DNA of 64,000 bases, taken from assembly GCA_973895155.1 (NCBI GenBank), contig OZ316898.1, positions 4,464,480 to 4,528,479 on the forward strand. Direction: 5' to 3'. A program made the translations under genes and the position numbers. The notes under the pieces were generated by a model that had not been told where the DNA came from, searched no databases, and saw nothing but the letters and a program-made list of their open reading frames with translations. This DNA comes from Marsupella aquatica (lineage: Eukaryota > Plantae > Marchantiophyta). Positions 23,101 through 36,408 of this stretch are shown here, in pieces. The first letter of the stretch is position 1, and every line of letters starts with the position of its first letter.

Positions 23101-26100
23101 ACTCATGTTCCAAATCTATGATGTCACTTAGCAATAATAAATTTAATTAATATATTTTTCCCCTCAGGACTTGTTTATTTGTAGATAATATGAGTATGAT
23201 AGTATAATTGTCCGTTTACTTTGCTATACTACACATGACTAAAGCAAGTTCCAGGATGTAGTGTTGTAAAAGTGCACTGTTTGCTCTGATCAGTAAATGA
23301 ACCTACTATACTATATGGTTCTTTATAAAAGACCCTCCTCCACCCCCTTTGTCACATAATCTGTTGCCAAAATGATTTATTTATTCTTCCAATGAAGGAG
23401 AAGTGCATTGCTTGTAAAACTTTCTCCCTCCTCCCCGTGCATTGCTCGTAATAAATCCTTCTTTGCATCTCGTTCATCCAAACAGCCTTGGATTCCTGCA
23501 CTCTCCCAATGGTGTGCTACAATTAGTAAATTTGTATTCTCCGTTTCCTATCAGTAAATACACCTGCCACAGTATATGGTGTAACCTAAGTTGTGACCTG
23601 CTGCTGAACTATTTTTCTGAGGTGATAGTTTAACTTTAAAGTGCTTTAGTTAGAGGAGTCTATTTTTTTGTTTTTCCAAACTTTCTGAATATAGACAGAA
23701 ACCCCTTTTATCTTTTCTTTATTTCATTTTAGATTGTTTTCGTAGTCTTTACCAAGATTCAACCATATGCTCTAATAGACCAAAAGCCTTGGCACTTGTC
23801 TTTTGTAAGAATTGCCAAGAGTTTCAAATCCTTGACCTCCCTCATAAGCCCATCAAGCAGTGTGCCAAGTACACAACCTGACTTAGTAGATGCATTGGAA
23901 CCATTTAAATTTATTCAGATATTTGTGAGCCTTCCGTTAGGCTGGTGCTTATAAAGTTCTTGTTAAGCAAAATGATTCCAGCCCTGTGTGTGCAAGTGTG
24001 TTTGCTTAGAAAATATGCACAAAACGTGCTTACTCTGCGTACAATAAACCTAAGAACAGGATGCTCCGGGCTTAAGTAGTTATTGCACTTATTGAGGGTG
24101 CCTGTACAGAGCCTGCTGTAATAAGCTCTTCCAACAAATATAAATATTGTGGCCCACATTGCGCCTGAAACAAACAGGACCTTACTATATACATAAACTC
24201 CCCAAACTTATGAAAAGGATAATGTCATGGTTAGAAGGCCTTATGAGACATAGTGCCCCTCAAAGGAGGGTTCTAGCCCCAGTTTTGAAAGTGTTTTTTC
24301 TCACAATTACCGTACCTAATGTAGGACATTAAAATACCCAAACTTATGAAATGGATGGGATATATTAAAGGGCCATGGAACGATTTGTTGGCATGCAATT
24401 GGTTGAAAACGAGGAAGAAGTTACATATGGAAACTATTAAACCATGTATTATATTAGATTCTGGATACAAGCTCTGTTTCCAAGACAATACTTTATTTTT
24501 TTTGTATATGGTCACCCATTTCTCTCTTTTGCATTTTACTAGATTTGTGGTCCTTCCCGCAATCCACTCCTCAAAAGAAGGGAGACACATATATGTGGAA
24601 AATTAATGTCTTGTAAAATACAAAGAGAAAAATCAACTGGAGCAAATAGACTAATAGGGCCATGTTGTTTGGGTAGCTGCTGTAAGCAGGGCCCACGAGA
24701 GTCCCAGTTGACCCAGTGGTAACTTCTGCTGCTACTTCCTTTCCTTGATCGCTCCCTCAATGATTTTTTCTTACCTGGGTCTGTGTTGACACAATCATGG
24801 TGTTTTGGAAATGTATGGGAATCTCTCTAGATGGTATTTCTTGCCCGGTTCTCTTTTGTCACAATCATGTTGTCATGTTTGTTATGGGAATCTTCACTAT
24901 GGTGCCAAAAGACAAAAAAGCCAAACCAGTAGACACACCTCCTAAAGGCAAAGCAACCCAATAAGAGTAAAAAGAAAGCCCCTCAAGAAGACCAAAAATG
25001 TCCAACAAACCAGGAGTCCCACACACCAACAAGGGAACTTCAGTCCTAGTTATTAAAAAAAATCTGCTGTTGGCACGTTGGTTTTGGGCTTTGGGAAATG
25101 GGCTTTGGGAATCATCGGCTCTCTCTAAGTACAAAATCCATAACTGCAAATATGAATAACTGCATGGCATCTTGTTCTTCCCCCTCTTTTGATGTTGAGT
25201 TTGCATTTTCTCACCTTTTGTAAGTGCAAAAAGGTCTGAAATAATTTTGCTAAATGACACTTTCATATGTGCAAACCCTTGATAAGTGATAATGTAACTT
25301 ATTGGTAAGCAAACAATCCCATCAAATTACATTACTGATAAGTCCATGCCCTTATTAGCACAGTCAAAAATGCACTGATGGAGCTGGACACCAAATTTAG
25401 TTCAGGGGTGTACACTTTGGTTGTGAGTCACTTGCTCACTAAAAGAGGGTCACTCTTATTGATAAGTACACAATTCTATGGGTTTACATTTATAATAAGC
25501 GCAAAACCCCTTTTAGTGCACACTCGATGCTCTTGGGAGTGTGCACTTGAACAAAGTTAACGTATGAGAATCTTGGACCTATGGACAAGATATTTTGGAG
25601 TGCTTACGAAATTTTGTGATGCAACTGTTTAGAATCTTCTAAACATCTTGATGTAAACACTGATGTTTCAGTCTAGTAGATTATTTTAAAAATAGACTAA
25701 AACAGGACAATAATGTTTTGGTATCTGAAGTCCCCCTGGACCTAAAAGTTTGAGTTGATGCTTGGATAGACTAGCACAACCACAAATATCCTTTCCTTTC
25801 ACTCAGATAGCACTTCAAAATCCATACTGGTCTTGTTAACAGATTTGTCCATCCAGGTTGCAAGGTTCATGGGAGTGTCCCATCCAAGCATTGTTTTCAA
25901 TATTTTGGATTTGTATTTTTTATCGGAATATCGGAAAATTTTAATATTTCAGGGATAGGGATGACACCATGGTACAGTGATCTCTCTATAAGTGCACAAT
26001 TCATAAGTGCAATCTGGATACTTAGGAATTATCTATTTTTTCTGTCCAAGATTAGCCATTTTCTCTCCTAGTCACATACCCCATTAACCACAGTCTAATG

Positions 26101-28796
26101 GGAATCCTTAAATCTGTTCATGGAGATGATATTTAGGAAATGATGTAAGTTAGAGTCAAAAGACTCCTGGAATCAGCTTTGAAGTAGGTTGGCACTAAAG
26201 ATGACAGAGATAACAATTCTGTCACTACTTTTCTACCGCAAATAACCAACTGCCCACCCTTTTTAGTGAATTGTGGTTTCAATTCCGTAATAAATAAGTA
26301 ACTAAATGAAGCAACACAGCATGGCAGTTAAGAATCCCACACAGGCAGAAGGTAACCTCGCGTTTCTTCATTTCCTCGTGTCGTGCTCGAGGACAGAAGA
26401 AGTGGCGATGAGGTAATGGAATACTCATCTAACCTTCCGAACAAGTGCAGAGAGTGCAAAGCAAGATTGACTCTCTCGTTTTCTCTTTCTTTAGCGGAAG
26501 GTCAAGTTCATCTGCACACGAGAGGCAGTCAGAAGAGCAATTCTCAATCATGGCTAACAAACGATAGTCTCTCTTGAGGAAATCACTGTAGTCCTCAGTG
26601 AGAGCTCTGACATTGCTGCTCGGAATTGAATTTCGGAAATTGCTTCAATCTGCAAATGAATATCGAATCAAAAAATTTCGAGAGTAAGGGAATTCAGGAA
26701 GACATCATTGCTCCTCACCTAAGATGGAGGCATTGACTGGACCATGAAGAGGTTGAGTACTCTTGCTCCACAACGATGCATGAGAAGCGAGGCAACTAAT
26801 GATAGAGAGATGACTTTGGATTGAACAAAAGAGAGGAGGGGAGGGAAACACCAAAACTAGCCAGGATGTGATTGCGAAGGTGAAAGGATGAGAGCAATTG
26901 ATCTCCAAGGATTCCAACGGGACTACGTGATCAGCGATTTAAACCCGAAATCCGCAACAGGTGGAAAGAATGATTGAATAAACGGAAGAATTGAATGTGA
27001 AGGGGTCCAATGAAGTCATGAGACACCGAAGTCTCAAACAACAATAATCGATGAAATGACGAAATGAGTGTCCGAGGAGACCAACAATGTGTTTCAATCT
27101 CAAAGTGACAGGACAGACCCAATGGTCACCAAGTTCACGGGACTAAGTCACTCCTAAAGCAAATACTTCAACCACTCCACTTTCACAGCCGAGTGGGAGA
27201 ACAGGGAGTGCGCTGAGACTATTAAACGCTCTGGTTAGAATCTTCCTTGCTTTGCCTGCCGCCCCTCGCTCTCTCTCTCATTGCTGACCCGGCTTTATGC
27301 TTTGAGTCTCTCCTGGACTTCTGGTAAAGAAACAATTCAAGGGTAACAATTTGCAGCTCAGCTAGAAATTTATCGATGATACACACATGAGTTTTTTGGC
27401 AGCGAGCTCTGTTGAGAGATGCAAGAGTATGGCTATCTAAAAAATTAATAAATGGGCATCCTAGTCTTCACCGTGCCCAAGATCGGGACAGTACAGGAAG
27501 GCTCCAAGATGACACAATTTCAAATGGCCATGCTGCGATCCTCCCCTTACATAAGCTCCATTCATCTGGAAGTATGATCAATTGCGCAATCTAGCTACTC
27601 AGATAAGAATTATTCTTGAGGATTTGAAATCCCCTCGGCGCAAAATTAAATGCCTCTCAATCAACTATGCCCACCACTGCTTGAAAAAAATTGAATCCTT
27701 CTAGGCGTACAACAATGCCCATTCTATGGTAGCGTCGGTGTCCTGGTGGCAGAGTACCATGGTACAGTTCCCAGTAGTCAAAGCTGCTGTGACTACTAGA
27801 AAGTCTCCGTCGTGAATCTGTCTTGACCAAACCTTGACAACTATGCTAAACACTAGATTTCCAATGAACAAAGTTTTGCGAACTGACCATATTGAGATAA
27901 AGTGATAACCTAGACAATTCTATGGTTTAAATTGTGATGGCATCGTGGGTTCCATAGTGCCTCGCACTAGATGCGCACAAGGTAATTGCGAACCATCTCT
28001 GGCCACCACCGCTACCTACCAGACAGCAATCGCTTGAGACAAGCGAGAATTAATGTAGATGGCCCTAAGTTTGACACATAGGTTTACACACTCTAAACAA
28101 TACCGTGGAGAAGTGTGTTGCATTACTTTCTAAAATCCATTGTTGAAATAGTTGGCTTTGGATGAGTTGAAAAACTATTCTGGCAAGGAAATTGTTGAAC
28201 TGCAGTTTGTCCAGTCTTTGTTCAAAGGTGTTCTAGATGATCCAAACGAGAGCTAAAATTTTACGTCCTCGGGTGAGCTCCATTTCCATTCCAACCTGCA
28301 ATTAGATCTTCAACTGTGCTCATGATTCCTAATTGAAATACCTTTGCTGGCTCCAGAGCTGAACTCCCAAGCGATTGGGATTGCCTCAAGCTCAGAGCAC
28401 CACGCTGCAGCTTCAGAACTAGTTGAGGTTTGCTCATATATTCAGCTCGGTCACTATTTTCAGCTGGCCTAGTCTCCAGATTCAATCCACCATGTAGTCT
28501 CAATAAAGATATGTTCATTGTCACACATTTTATAACACATTTATCTATTTTACATATATTGTCCAACACATACCTCACATAGAATCAAAACAGATAGGGA
28601 TCCACTAACTAATTGCGTCGGTTTTAGTGACAACCTACTTAAAAGCTCCTCCTGGAAGCTTATCTGAGTTTACTCACATTATTTATTAAACTTCGGATCT
28701 CCCTAGATCTAATGTTGACCGTTTAGATTAATAGGACCTGTTGATATCACTTAGAGTGAAGAGAAGATGAAGGAGAAGATGCTAAGGAATCTCTAT

Positions 28797-29230
28797 CGTA
28801 CAAGGTGACATTGCGAAAGAAGATCACGCTGCCCTCTGCCCGGGATGAGGGCGGTCAGGGGCAGGGGCTAGGGGCCAGGGGACCCTGAGGTGAAGCATCG
28901 CACTGACCGCGGTTGTAACGCGCCGTACAAAACCGTACAGAATTTGCAGAACGTACGGTTTCCTTAATCGTCCAGTTTCGGGCAGGGAAACATGGGGGCA
29001 GACGGGCAGGCATGAGGGCTCCGTCGTCGTGGCAGGCCGGGCAGGGACACGGAAGGTGCCACGGAAGTTTGCCCCCTCTGGAACCATCGTACACGACAGA
29101 GGACACGTGTTGCGACTGGCGCAATCACATCTCTGATCTCTGCGTCCGTCATTCCGCCGGAAATACTCGTGGCCGTCTCCTCAGTCCGTCGGTCTCCCGC
29201 CCCGTAATCATGACCCCGTGTCTAATCTGT
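28797..29230. promoter_or_regulatory. CpG-rich island with clustered SPL/SBP (CCGTAC) sites and a G-box
   Basis: CCGTAC at 28923 and 28933, GTACGG at 28953, CGTAC at 28797 and 29088, CACGTG at 29104. GC- and CpG-rich against CpG-poor flanks, with no credible ORF. Confidence 0.5.
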
Positions 29231-31030
29231 ATCTATAGGGCCTGAATAGTGAGTTACCCATTTTCTGAATGTTAATAAAAATAAGAAAAAATGTTGGTGT
29301 TCTCCTTCGTCTTTGTTCTCATGTGTGTTTTTGATATTCACTCATATGTTAGTTTTGTCTTTACCTAGAGTCATAGTCTAGAGGTTTACTCTAGTCTCTA
29401 AAATCTAGACCCAACTCTGGCTTTTGTTCCCTTTACAAATAATATATCTTCGTATGCAGTCTAGTTGGGGTTCTGGTTGTTACACATCAAAAAGCCATGG
29501 TGGGATACTTACACGGAATAACGCTCACTAATGGAGAAAAGAAAATTGAGTTTACCATGGTAGGGAAAACATATTCAACATGTGGGCACTTGTTAGAGTA
29601 CACCTATGCTGTTGTTTTTTGATGTGCAATTATGGCCAGGCCTATAGTTAATGGTCAATTATTTATGGAAGTCTCAAACTGCCAAGGCTGCCAAAAGATC
29701 CCCAGCCTGAAAGTGAGAGTTAGGGACTTGGTCACTTGTGGTTGTAAAAGATTTTGTGAGTCTGCTACTTTCCAGAAATCTGTGTGACTGTGACCGTGAC
29801 CAGAGCCAAAGCCAAGAGGTTTGAGATGTCCTACTACCATGCTAGCAAGTCAGAATGATTTTTTCTTGTGAAGAAAGAAATTCCTTGCAGTATCATACTT
29901 TTCCCTAAAACAATGTAAAAACCCTAAATATTCATCACTTTGCTAGGGAACTTAGTCCCTCGCTAGCTAGCCAGAATTTGGTTTCAAATATTCTAAATTT
30001 TGCTTCATTTTTCCATAAAATCTAAATTTATGGATTCCTCAAATGGCTGGCGAACTCACTAGCCATAAGGAGGATCCCATAACAATATTGCTAGCCATGA
30101 CAAGTTTACAGATTTTAGTGGAGTCCTGACTCCTTATGGCTAGCCAATTCCTTTTGGCTTGCTATCCCATGAGCTGTTCAGGGGCCATGGAGGTTACCCC
30201 CTCAGGGATTACAGTGCACAACCTTCTCTGGGCCGCCCATGGATTTACCCTACACACCCATACAGCCATGCTTGTGGGTTAGAGATTGCTATAGTAAACC
30301 CGGGGTGTCTAGTTTATCAGTCTCTTGTACAGCTGCTTGCTCTGAGTCAGTATGAATGGAAGGCCTCTTTTAGTCCCTTCATCTTCTTCCCAGAGACCTG
30401 ACTCTTTTAGAGATTACACTCTATAACCCCCTCCAGGCTATTGATTTCCCCAGGCCCCCATGCTTGTGGTTTATGTTCACTATAGTAAAGTGAGGTCACC
30501 CATATCTATTCATCGTAATTGCAGAGTACATGTGAAAAATGAGAGAATGCTCTCCCTACCGCCTATGCCCCCTAGGGACCCCAAGATTTGTGGGCCTAAT
30601 CTAAGTTATTCTTATTCTAATGTGATCAAGGGTTAACTAATCCTAATATGGCCAAACTAACCAAAGCAAGGAACTCGAGTCAATTCTTTCAATGCCCAGT
30701 CGATGCCCCCCCAATGGACAAGCAGTCTATGATGATGATGACGTCTTATGGGTTGGTGGATTGTAATATGAAGGAGGTCTGGCAGAGTTTTTAGCCTAAA
30801 CCTTGCTCCCGTGATGCTCAGCTTTTACTCCTTTTCAGGTCACTGGGTTACAAGCTACTAGGGTAACCCAACCCGAGCCCAGAGTGCTGTGATCCTTTTG
30901 CTGCTTCATCCTTTGCTTCTTCCGGGAGCCCCTGATTTCCCGGCCCGTGTACTTCTGTTCCTAGTCCTGATTTTATTCTTCGGGTGCTAGTATGCCCCGT
31001 CGACGCCCGACCGGTGGACAAGCAGTCTTG

Positions 31031-31054
31031 GACGACGACGACGACGACGACGAC
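31031..31054 (+). repeat. (GAC)8 microsatellite in the SKIP35-like leader
   Basis: gacgacgacgacgacgacgacgac. Confidence 0.9.
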
Positions 31055-32370
31055 GGTACCTCGGCGTCTTGTGGGGTTGGTGGATTGTTCGGAGGAAAGG
31101 CACCGGGGGAGGAGGCGCAAGCGCAGCGAGCAGTGCTCCTTGAATTTCTTCCCACACGCTATGAATTGCAACGCCACCCACACAACACTGAGGCAGAGAG
31201 AGAGGCAGGCAGGCAGGCAGCGAGAGAGGCAGACGCATAAAAGGAAGGGAAGGAAGGGAGGGAAGAGACGGACAACGACGATACAGCAGCAGAAGAACCC
31301 TAGAATTTGGTTGTGCCAGCGCTGAATTGGTGGTGCTGCTTTCGGATGAATTTCTCCTGACGCCCACAAAGGTCTTGCTTGAGACGAGGACACGGAAACA
31401 AGGGCGGTGGGGAGGCACTGGAACTTGGTAGGCTGCGTATGAATGAATGAATGTCCGGCTGTGTCTTGACGCTGAAGGGAGAAGGAAAATAGAGGGGCGG
31501 TGTCGCTGCTGCTGCTGCTGCTTTTGCGCAATTGGATTTGGGTCCCGTTCATGGTTGGATGGATTGGTGACGAATGAATGAATCAATGAATGGAAGGATC
31601 GTTGGATGGTTGACTGAGGTGGGTGAGTGAATGAATGACAGAATGGAATGAAATGGCTGGATGAATGTGCGAGAGGGCAGAGCGGCCTCTGTTTGCTGTT
31701 GGAGACGAGGTTGCGGTCAGAGGTGGTATCCTGGAGACTCGACGTCTCTCCGAGGAAGAGAGAGTGATAGAGAGTTGGAAGGAGAGATCGGTCGTTGCTG
31801 GGAGTCAATCAATCGGTGGGACCGAAACCTCTCCGTTGTCCGAGGGAGGAGAATTGGTCAGAGGAGCTGATCATCTGCAGTCGTTTTGGGGCTTGAAAGT
31901 GGAGCGCAAAGGATGGGGAGCAGTCTCTTTTGATACTGGATTGTCCAGAGGCATGTAGCAGGAGGAGAATAATTGCGGATGGCTTGCTCTTGCAGTAACG
32001 ATGAGGAAGTAGACGACGATGGCACCGGAGGTGAACCATCATCATCATCATCGAACCCCCGCTGATGGCTGCTGGGTATGTCAGAGCAGCAACTGGCAGC
32101 AACTGGCTTGTGGCTTATACGAGGATGCCTAAACCACAGGGAGAACAGACGTTCTTCGGCATTTGATATAGGGATTTGATTGATTGCCAATGATTACATT
32201 CCTTGCAACTCCTTTCGGTCACCCGTCCTCCTGGAGAACGAATTGGAGCCTGCCTTAGGTCCAGCGCACGACAATTGAAGAGTCAGAGGGGGAAGGGGGC
32301 AGATTAGGCTATGCTTTTGAACTTGGGACAATTACATCTGGTCGCGTATTAGAGGAGTTGAGGAGTCCGA

Positions 32371-35289
32371 ATGTTGTATACGACGGCCACGGAGATGGAG
32401 GAGCCCGAGTCGACACCGATGGAAGAGGACGAGGCTGCGGTGGAGGTGAGGCACGCGTTTGAGAGCCGCCACGATATCGACCACGGTCAACCCCCGGATT
32501 GCCTCCTGGCTAGCACGAGCGGGAGAGAGCGGGGAGCGACGGAGCGGATCGACAACAGCAGCAATCATCAAGGAGGGGCATTGCGCTCTGCTGATGAGGC
32601 TCACAACCCGTCGTTGCATCCGCAGAGGCTGGTGGCAGAGGTTTCTCAAAGAGAAGCTGGAGGAGGAGGAGGAGGGGTTTCTGATAGGGCGGTGGTCTCT
32701 CAACGGGACAGGGATCATTGCAGGAGGATTAGCAGCTGCACAATCAGGGGGAGTAGATCGAGAAGCTGTGCTAGCAGGGGAGACGACGACGGAAGAGGCA
32801 CGTCGAAACGAGACAAGCATGACCTCGGGCGGTCGTTCCAGCTGGCCGTGAGCGCCCACGACTGGGCGCTGGCAGAGAGTTTCATTTCGTTGGCTGATCC
32901 CCAGCGCCTAAACGATTTATTGTGCATTGCGTTGGATTCCGTTTGGTTCTTGAGCACCACGCAGGAACTTGCGGCTGCCAGAAGGCTCATCGAAAAACTC
33001 ATCCAAGCAGGGGCTTCGGATTTCACCAGGGCGGCCCTCCGGACTTCCTTCTTGGCATCGTGTGTCTCTGCCTGTAGGAGCCGGACCATGAGCCTTGCCG
33101 ATACCGTCACCGTCATGGCTCAGAGGTAATTGTCATCTCCACCGATATCGTCTCGGTTTTACCTCATGGGGACTTTAAGCCATCATCTGAATCTGCCCAT
33201 CACGGGCTTGCTGTTTCCAACTCCTTTAATTATTTGCATTGAGGAAAATAGGGGTTCAATTATCATATTCAATGGATTTCCTGCCTTCTCAGGCATATAG
33301 CAAAGAGGTGGAAACAGCAGCGTAGCTTCAATATATGTCCTTCAGCAGGACAGTTTCCTGGGAGGGCAATTTCTTAGAGAGAGGCTTTCAATTCTAACTC
33401 TTGTTCAAACCTACTTAGGATTGCTGAATTGTTTGGAAACTGTGTTGCACGGTATGCTTATGACCAGCTTCTGTCTTAGTATATGTCTTTCCCTCGTTGT
33501 ATTTCACTGTGTTCAAGACTAATGGATTGGACACCCTATCGTGCAAATAGGTTGCGAGAGAGGCTTCAAGAGTGCAACGGTGACGAGGTGTTGAAAGCTG
33601 AGGCTGCTGCCAAGGTTCAGAGATTTACGGAGTGGGCGCTCAAGTGTATAGGATCACATTCACGAGGACGTTGTAAAGGGGAGGCAGAGTGCAGCACCGG
33701 TGTGGTGCAGAGCTCAGCAATTGAGTCCAGGCTGCAGTTGATGGCTTTCAAACGCTTTTTGGAATTGGCTGGAACGCGCCTGACTGGCAAGGACTACACC
33801 GAGGCATTTGATGCTGCTTGTTTTCCTTTAACCTTATTTTCGAGTGCCATTGATCCTGGATGGGCGACAGGCATTGCCGCGAGCGCGATGCAGGGGCTAT
33901 TGGGGTTGTTGGTGGAAGGAGGCGCTGACAATGTGAATCAGTGTTTCTTAGAAGCGGCTCGGTTTGGGAGCACGGAGCTGGTGCGAATCTTATTGCAGGT
34001 GAGACTCTCAATCTTGTTGAATGCCTATCTGCTCCCTCTGCGTTTTTCTCTCATCACAGATGTCTTGATTCCTGCATGTAGCCCCTCGAGAAACCCTGGA
34101 TGCTCATCGTCAGGTGCTTCATCCATACCTCGTTCATTTGCTATCTCGTTGGACGGTCAATTTTCTTCTAGTCTCGTAGCACGCGTGACGATTGGGAAGC
34201 TGTTCTCTTCCTATCCTTCGAGTGCTCTGCATGTTCTGAGACAAATGGCCATCGGTTTTTTTAATGAATTCCCATGTTGACGAGTGTGAGTATGAAACGG
34301 CGATCCAGCTTGTTGAGTTGAATGTTTCGACCTATCTTTGGCAGTTTCTCTTTGATTTGGACCGAATTGGTTCCTTAGGTCACATTTGAAATCTGCGGTT
34401 GCAAGGAAACAGTCCCTGGTATGCTACCTCGACATCATCTCATGGTTGGCTCTTTTGCTTGGGCATTTTGCAGATTGCTCATAGCAATGGGGTGGAGCTA
34501 GATGCGGACTTGGCATTGGGTTTTGCTTCTCACTACTGCAAAATTAGCACAATGGAGTGCTTAGTTGATGAGGGGAATGCAGAGGCTTTCCTGGGCCCGC
34601 TCATGAGAGCTGCAGAGCGAGGTTGCATGGAAGTGGTGCAATGGTTTGTGGAGAGGGGCTGCAGGGACATGGAGCTGTGTCTAGCGTTGACAGCTGCAGC
34701 CTCAAGCAGCCGAGTTGACATAGCCGACTATCTACTGAGCCATGTACCACGTCATGTTCTCCAAACCCTTAGTGCAGAAATCCTAAAGGCAGCCGGAGAA
34801 AGGAGTGGCGGATCGCTGAAGGGTATTGCGTTCCTCTTACAGGCCGACTTTTTGAATAATCCTGAGGCAACTTACAGAATTGCCGATGGCATTGCAAAAT
34901 CAGAAGATGAAGCAGTCACTCCAGAGTTACGCTCGTTTTTGCAAGAGGAATGGTCGGAAGAGGCATTCCTAAGGGGTAGGATGCTGGGTCAGGCGCATCA
35001 TCTTAATGTCATGAGGGCTCTCAAGAGAGGGTGTTCACCCCTCCATCTACAAGAGCTCCCTCTTCAACTACAGGTTACTGTGGCTTACTTGCCCTTGTAC
35101 AAGGAGTGCTCAGCAGCAAGGGGTGTAATTCTATCACAATGGCTTAGAGGGCAATTAGTAGAGGCAGCTGTCCGACTTTGTGCGGGTCCAAAGGCTCCCT
35201 CTGAGGAGACAATTGTGAAGTCCAGCAAGGCAGCATTGCTTACTATATTGGAGTCACGTCTGCCAGGGTTTTTGCTCACCCGTGTGTAA
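32371..35289 (+). CDS. SKIP35: Ankyrin repeat protein, SKIP35-like (3 exons, about 672 aa)
   Basis: join(32371..33125,33551..33998,34474..35289) = 2019 nt with canonical splice sites; alternative start at 32395. Family motifs: FQLAVSAHDWALAESFI, LCIALDSVWFL, DFTRAALRTSFLASCVSAC, GADNVNQCFLEAARFGSTELVRILLQIA, FLGPLMRAAERGC, AAGERSGGSL. Confidence 0.92.
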
Positions 35290-36349
35290 AATTGATCCCT
35301 CTAGTTTGTAGTTTCACGATACAGCACCTGCCTCTCCCAGGTAAGCTAAGTTTGGGCTGGGTTTCTTGACTGGGTTTACTAAACACTACCAGCGGGGTTT
35401 TTGCTTAAAATGCTAGAAGAAAAAAAAATCACGTCAGCCACTTCAACGACAAGTAGTCTCCCAGCAAGTTGAACAACATGGTATGGATATCAAAACAGTT
35501 CAACATCTGCCTGCAGTTTTTCTTCCCGACTTGTTTGAGGCCTGATTCCTGAGCTACGCAGGAAGTGATAGCTTCATCTTGGAAAGTTTACGATTGCCCC
35601 TTTGGGAGTAGTAATAGAAGGTTCTATCAGGACTCTTATTGCTGGAGAAGTGCGTTGTACAGAAGCTGCTATCCAGTTAACAGCCCACTGGTGGGTTGGT
35701 TCAGCATATCGAAACAGTGGCTGAAGGGAGGTTTTTGTGGAAAAGCCTATACTGGCATCCACATTCATTTCACTCGATGAGAGTGGCCGACGATTGGGGA
35801 CACTGTTTATGCCTCTTGCCTAGCGTTTTGCATTGGACTAAGAGGTTACTTGAAATTTTGTTCATGACATTCTTTGTAGCGTAGATGTATCTATATATCA
35901 GCACACACTCATTTTGGTCCTTCGAGCCTCCAAAAATTGCCGGAATCTGGTGGTATCTTGGTTGGAGTTCTTGCCTACATGTGTCCGTCGCAAGAATCCC
36001 CGTCACTGTTGTGGTCAAGATCCATCGGGGATTGGTATCTTAGAAAATGTAAACGCATACCGGTAGGCCAGTGAGTTTCTGGGTTTAGGTGATTGTCATG
36101 GGGCTGATGCTCTCCATACAATGAAACTCTGGCGGGTAATCTGTTTCGTTTAGGATTGTCAATACTATTGCAACTGCTTGGCTGTCTCATTTTGCCAAAT
36201 ATGTTTGCTCACGACGTATGGAATAAAATATCCATACCATTCATTTGCTCACCGACTGAACGACCAGGTACAGGGTCTTCATCGTGAGTGGTCGAATGCT
36301 GCTCTCCCGCCATTCGGTGCTTGGAGTTGTGAACTCATTTACCTGGTTC

Positions 36350-36408
36350 AGAATTTATGGTCAGTTGCTAAGAATTTATGGTCAACTGCTAAGAATTTAT
36401 GGTCAGTT
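36350..36408. repeat. 21-bp minisatellite, about 3 copies
   Basis: agaatttatggtca(g/a)(t/c)tgcta repeated in tandem. Confidence 0.85.

Noticed and set aside
27262-27290. miR535/miR156-like GA-rich string on the minus strand
   Set aside because: Only a GA microsatellite core matches, and no complementary arm was found.
30848-31808. 234-aa and 273-aa minus-strand ORFs
   Set aside because: Low-complexity translations of microsatellite-rich GC leader sequence of the SKIP35-like gene.
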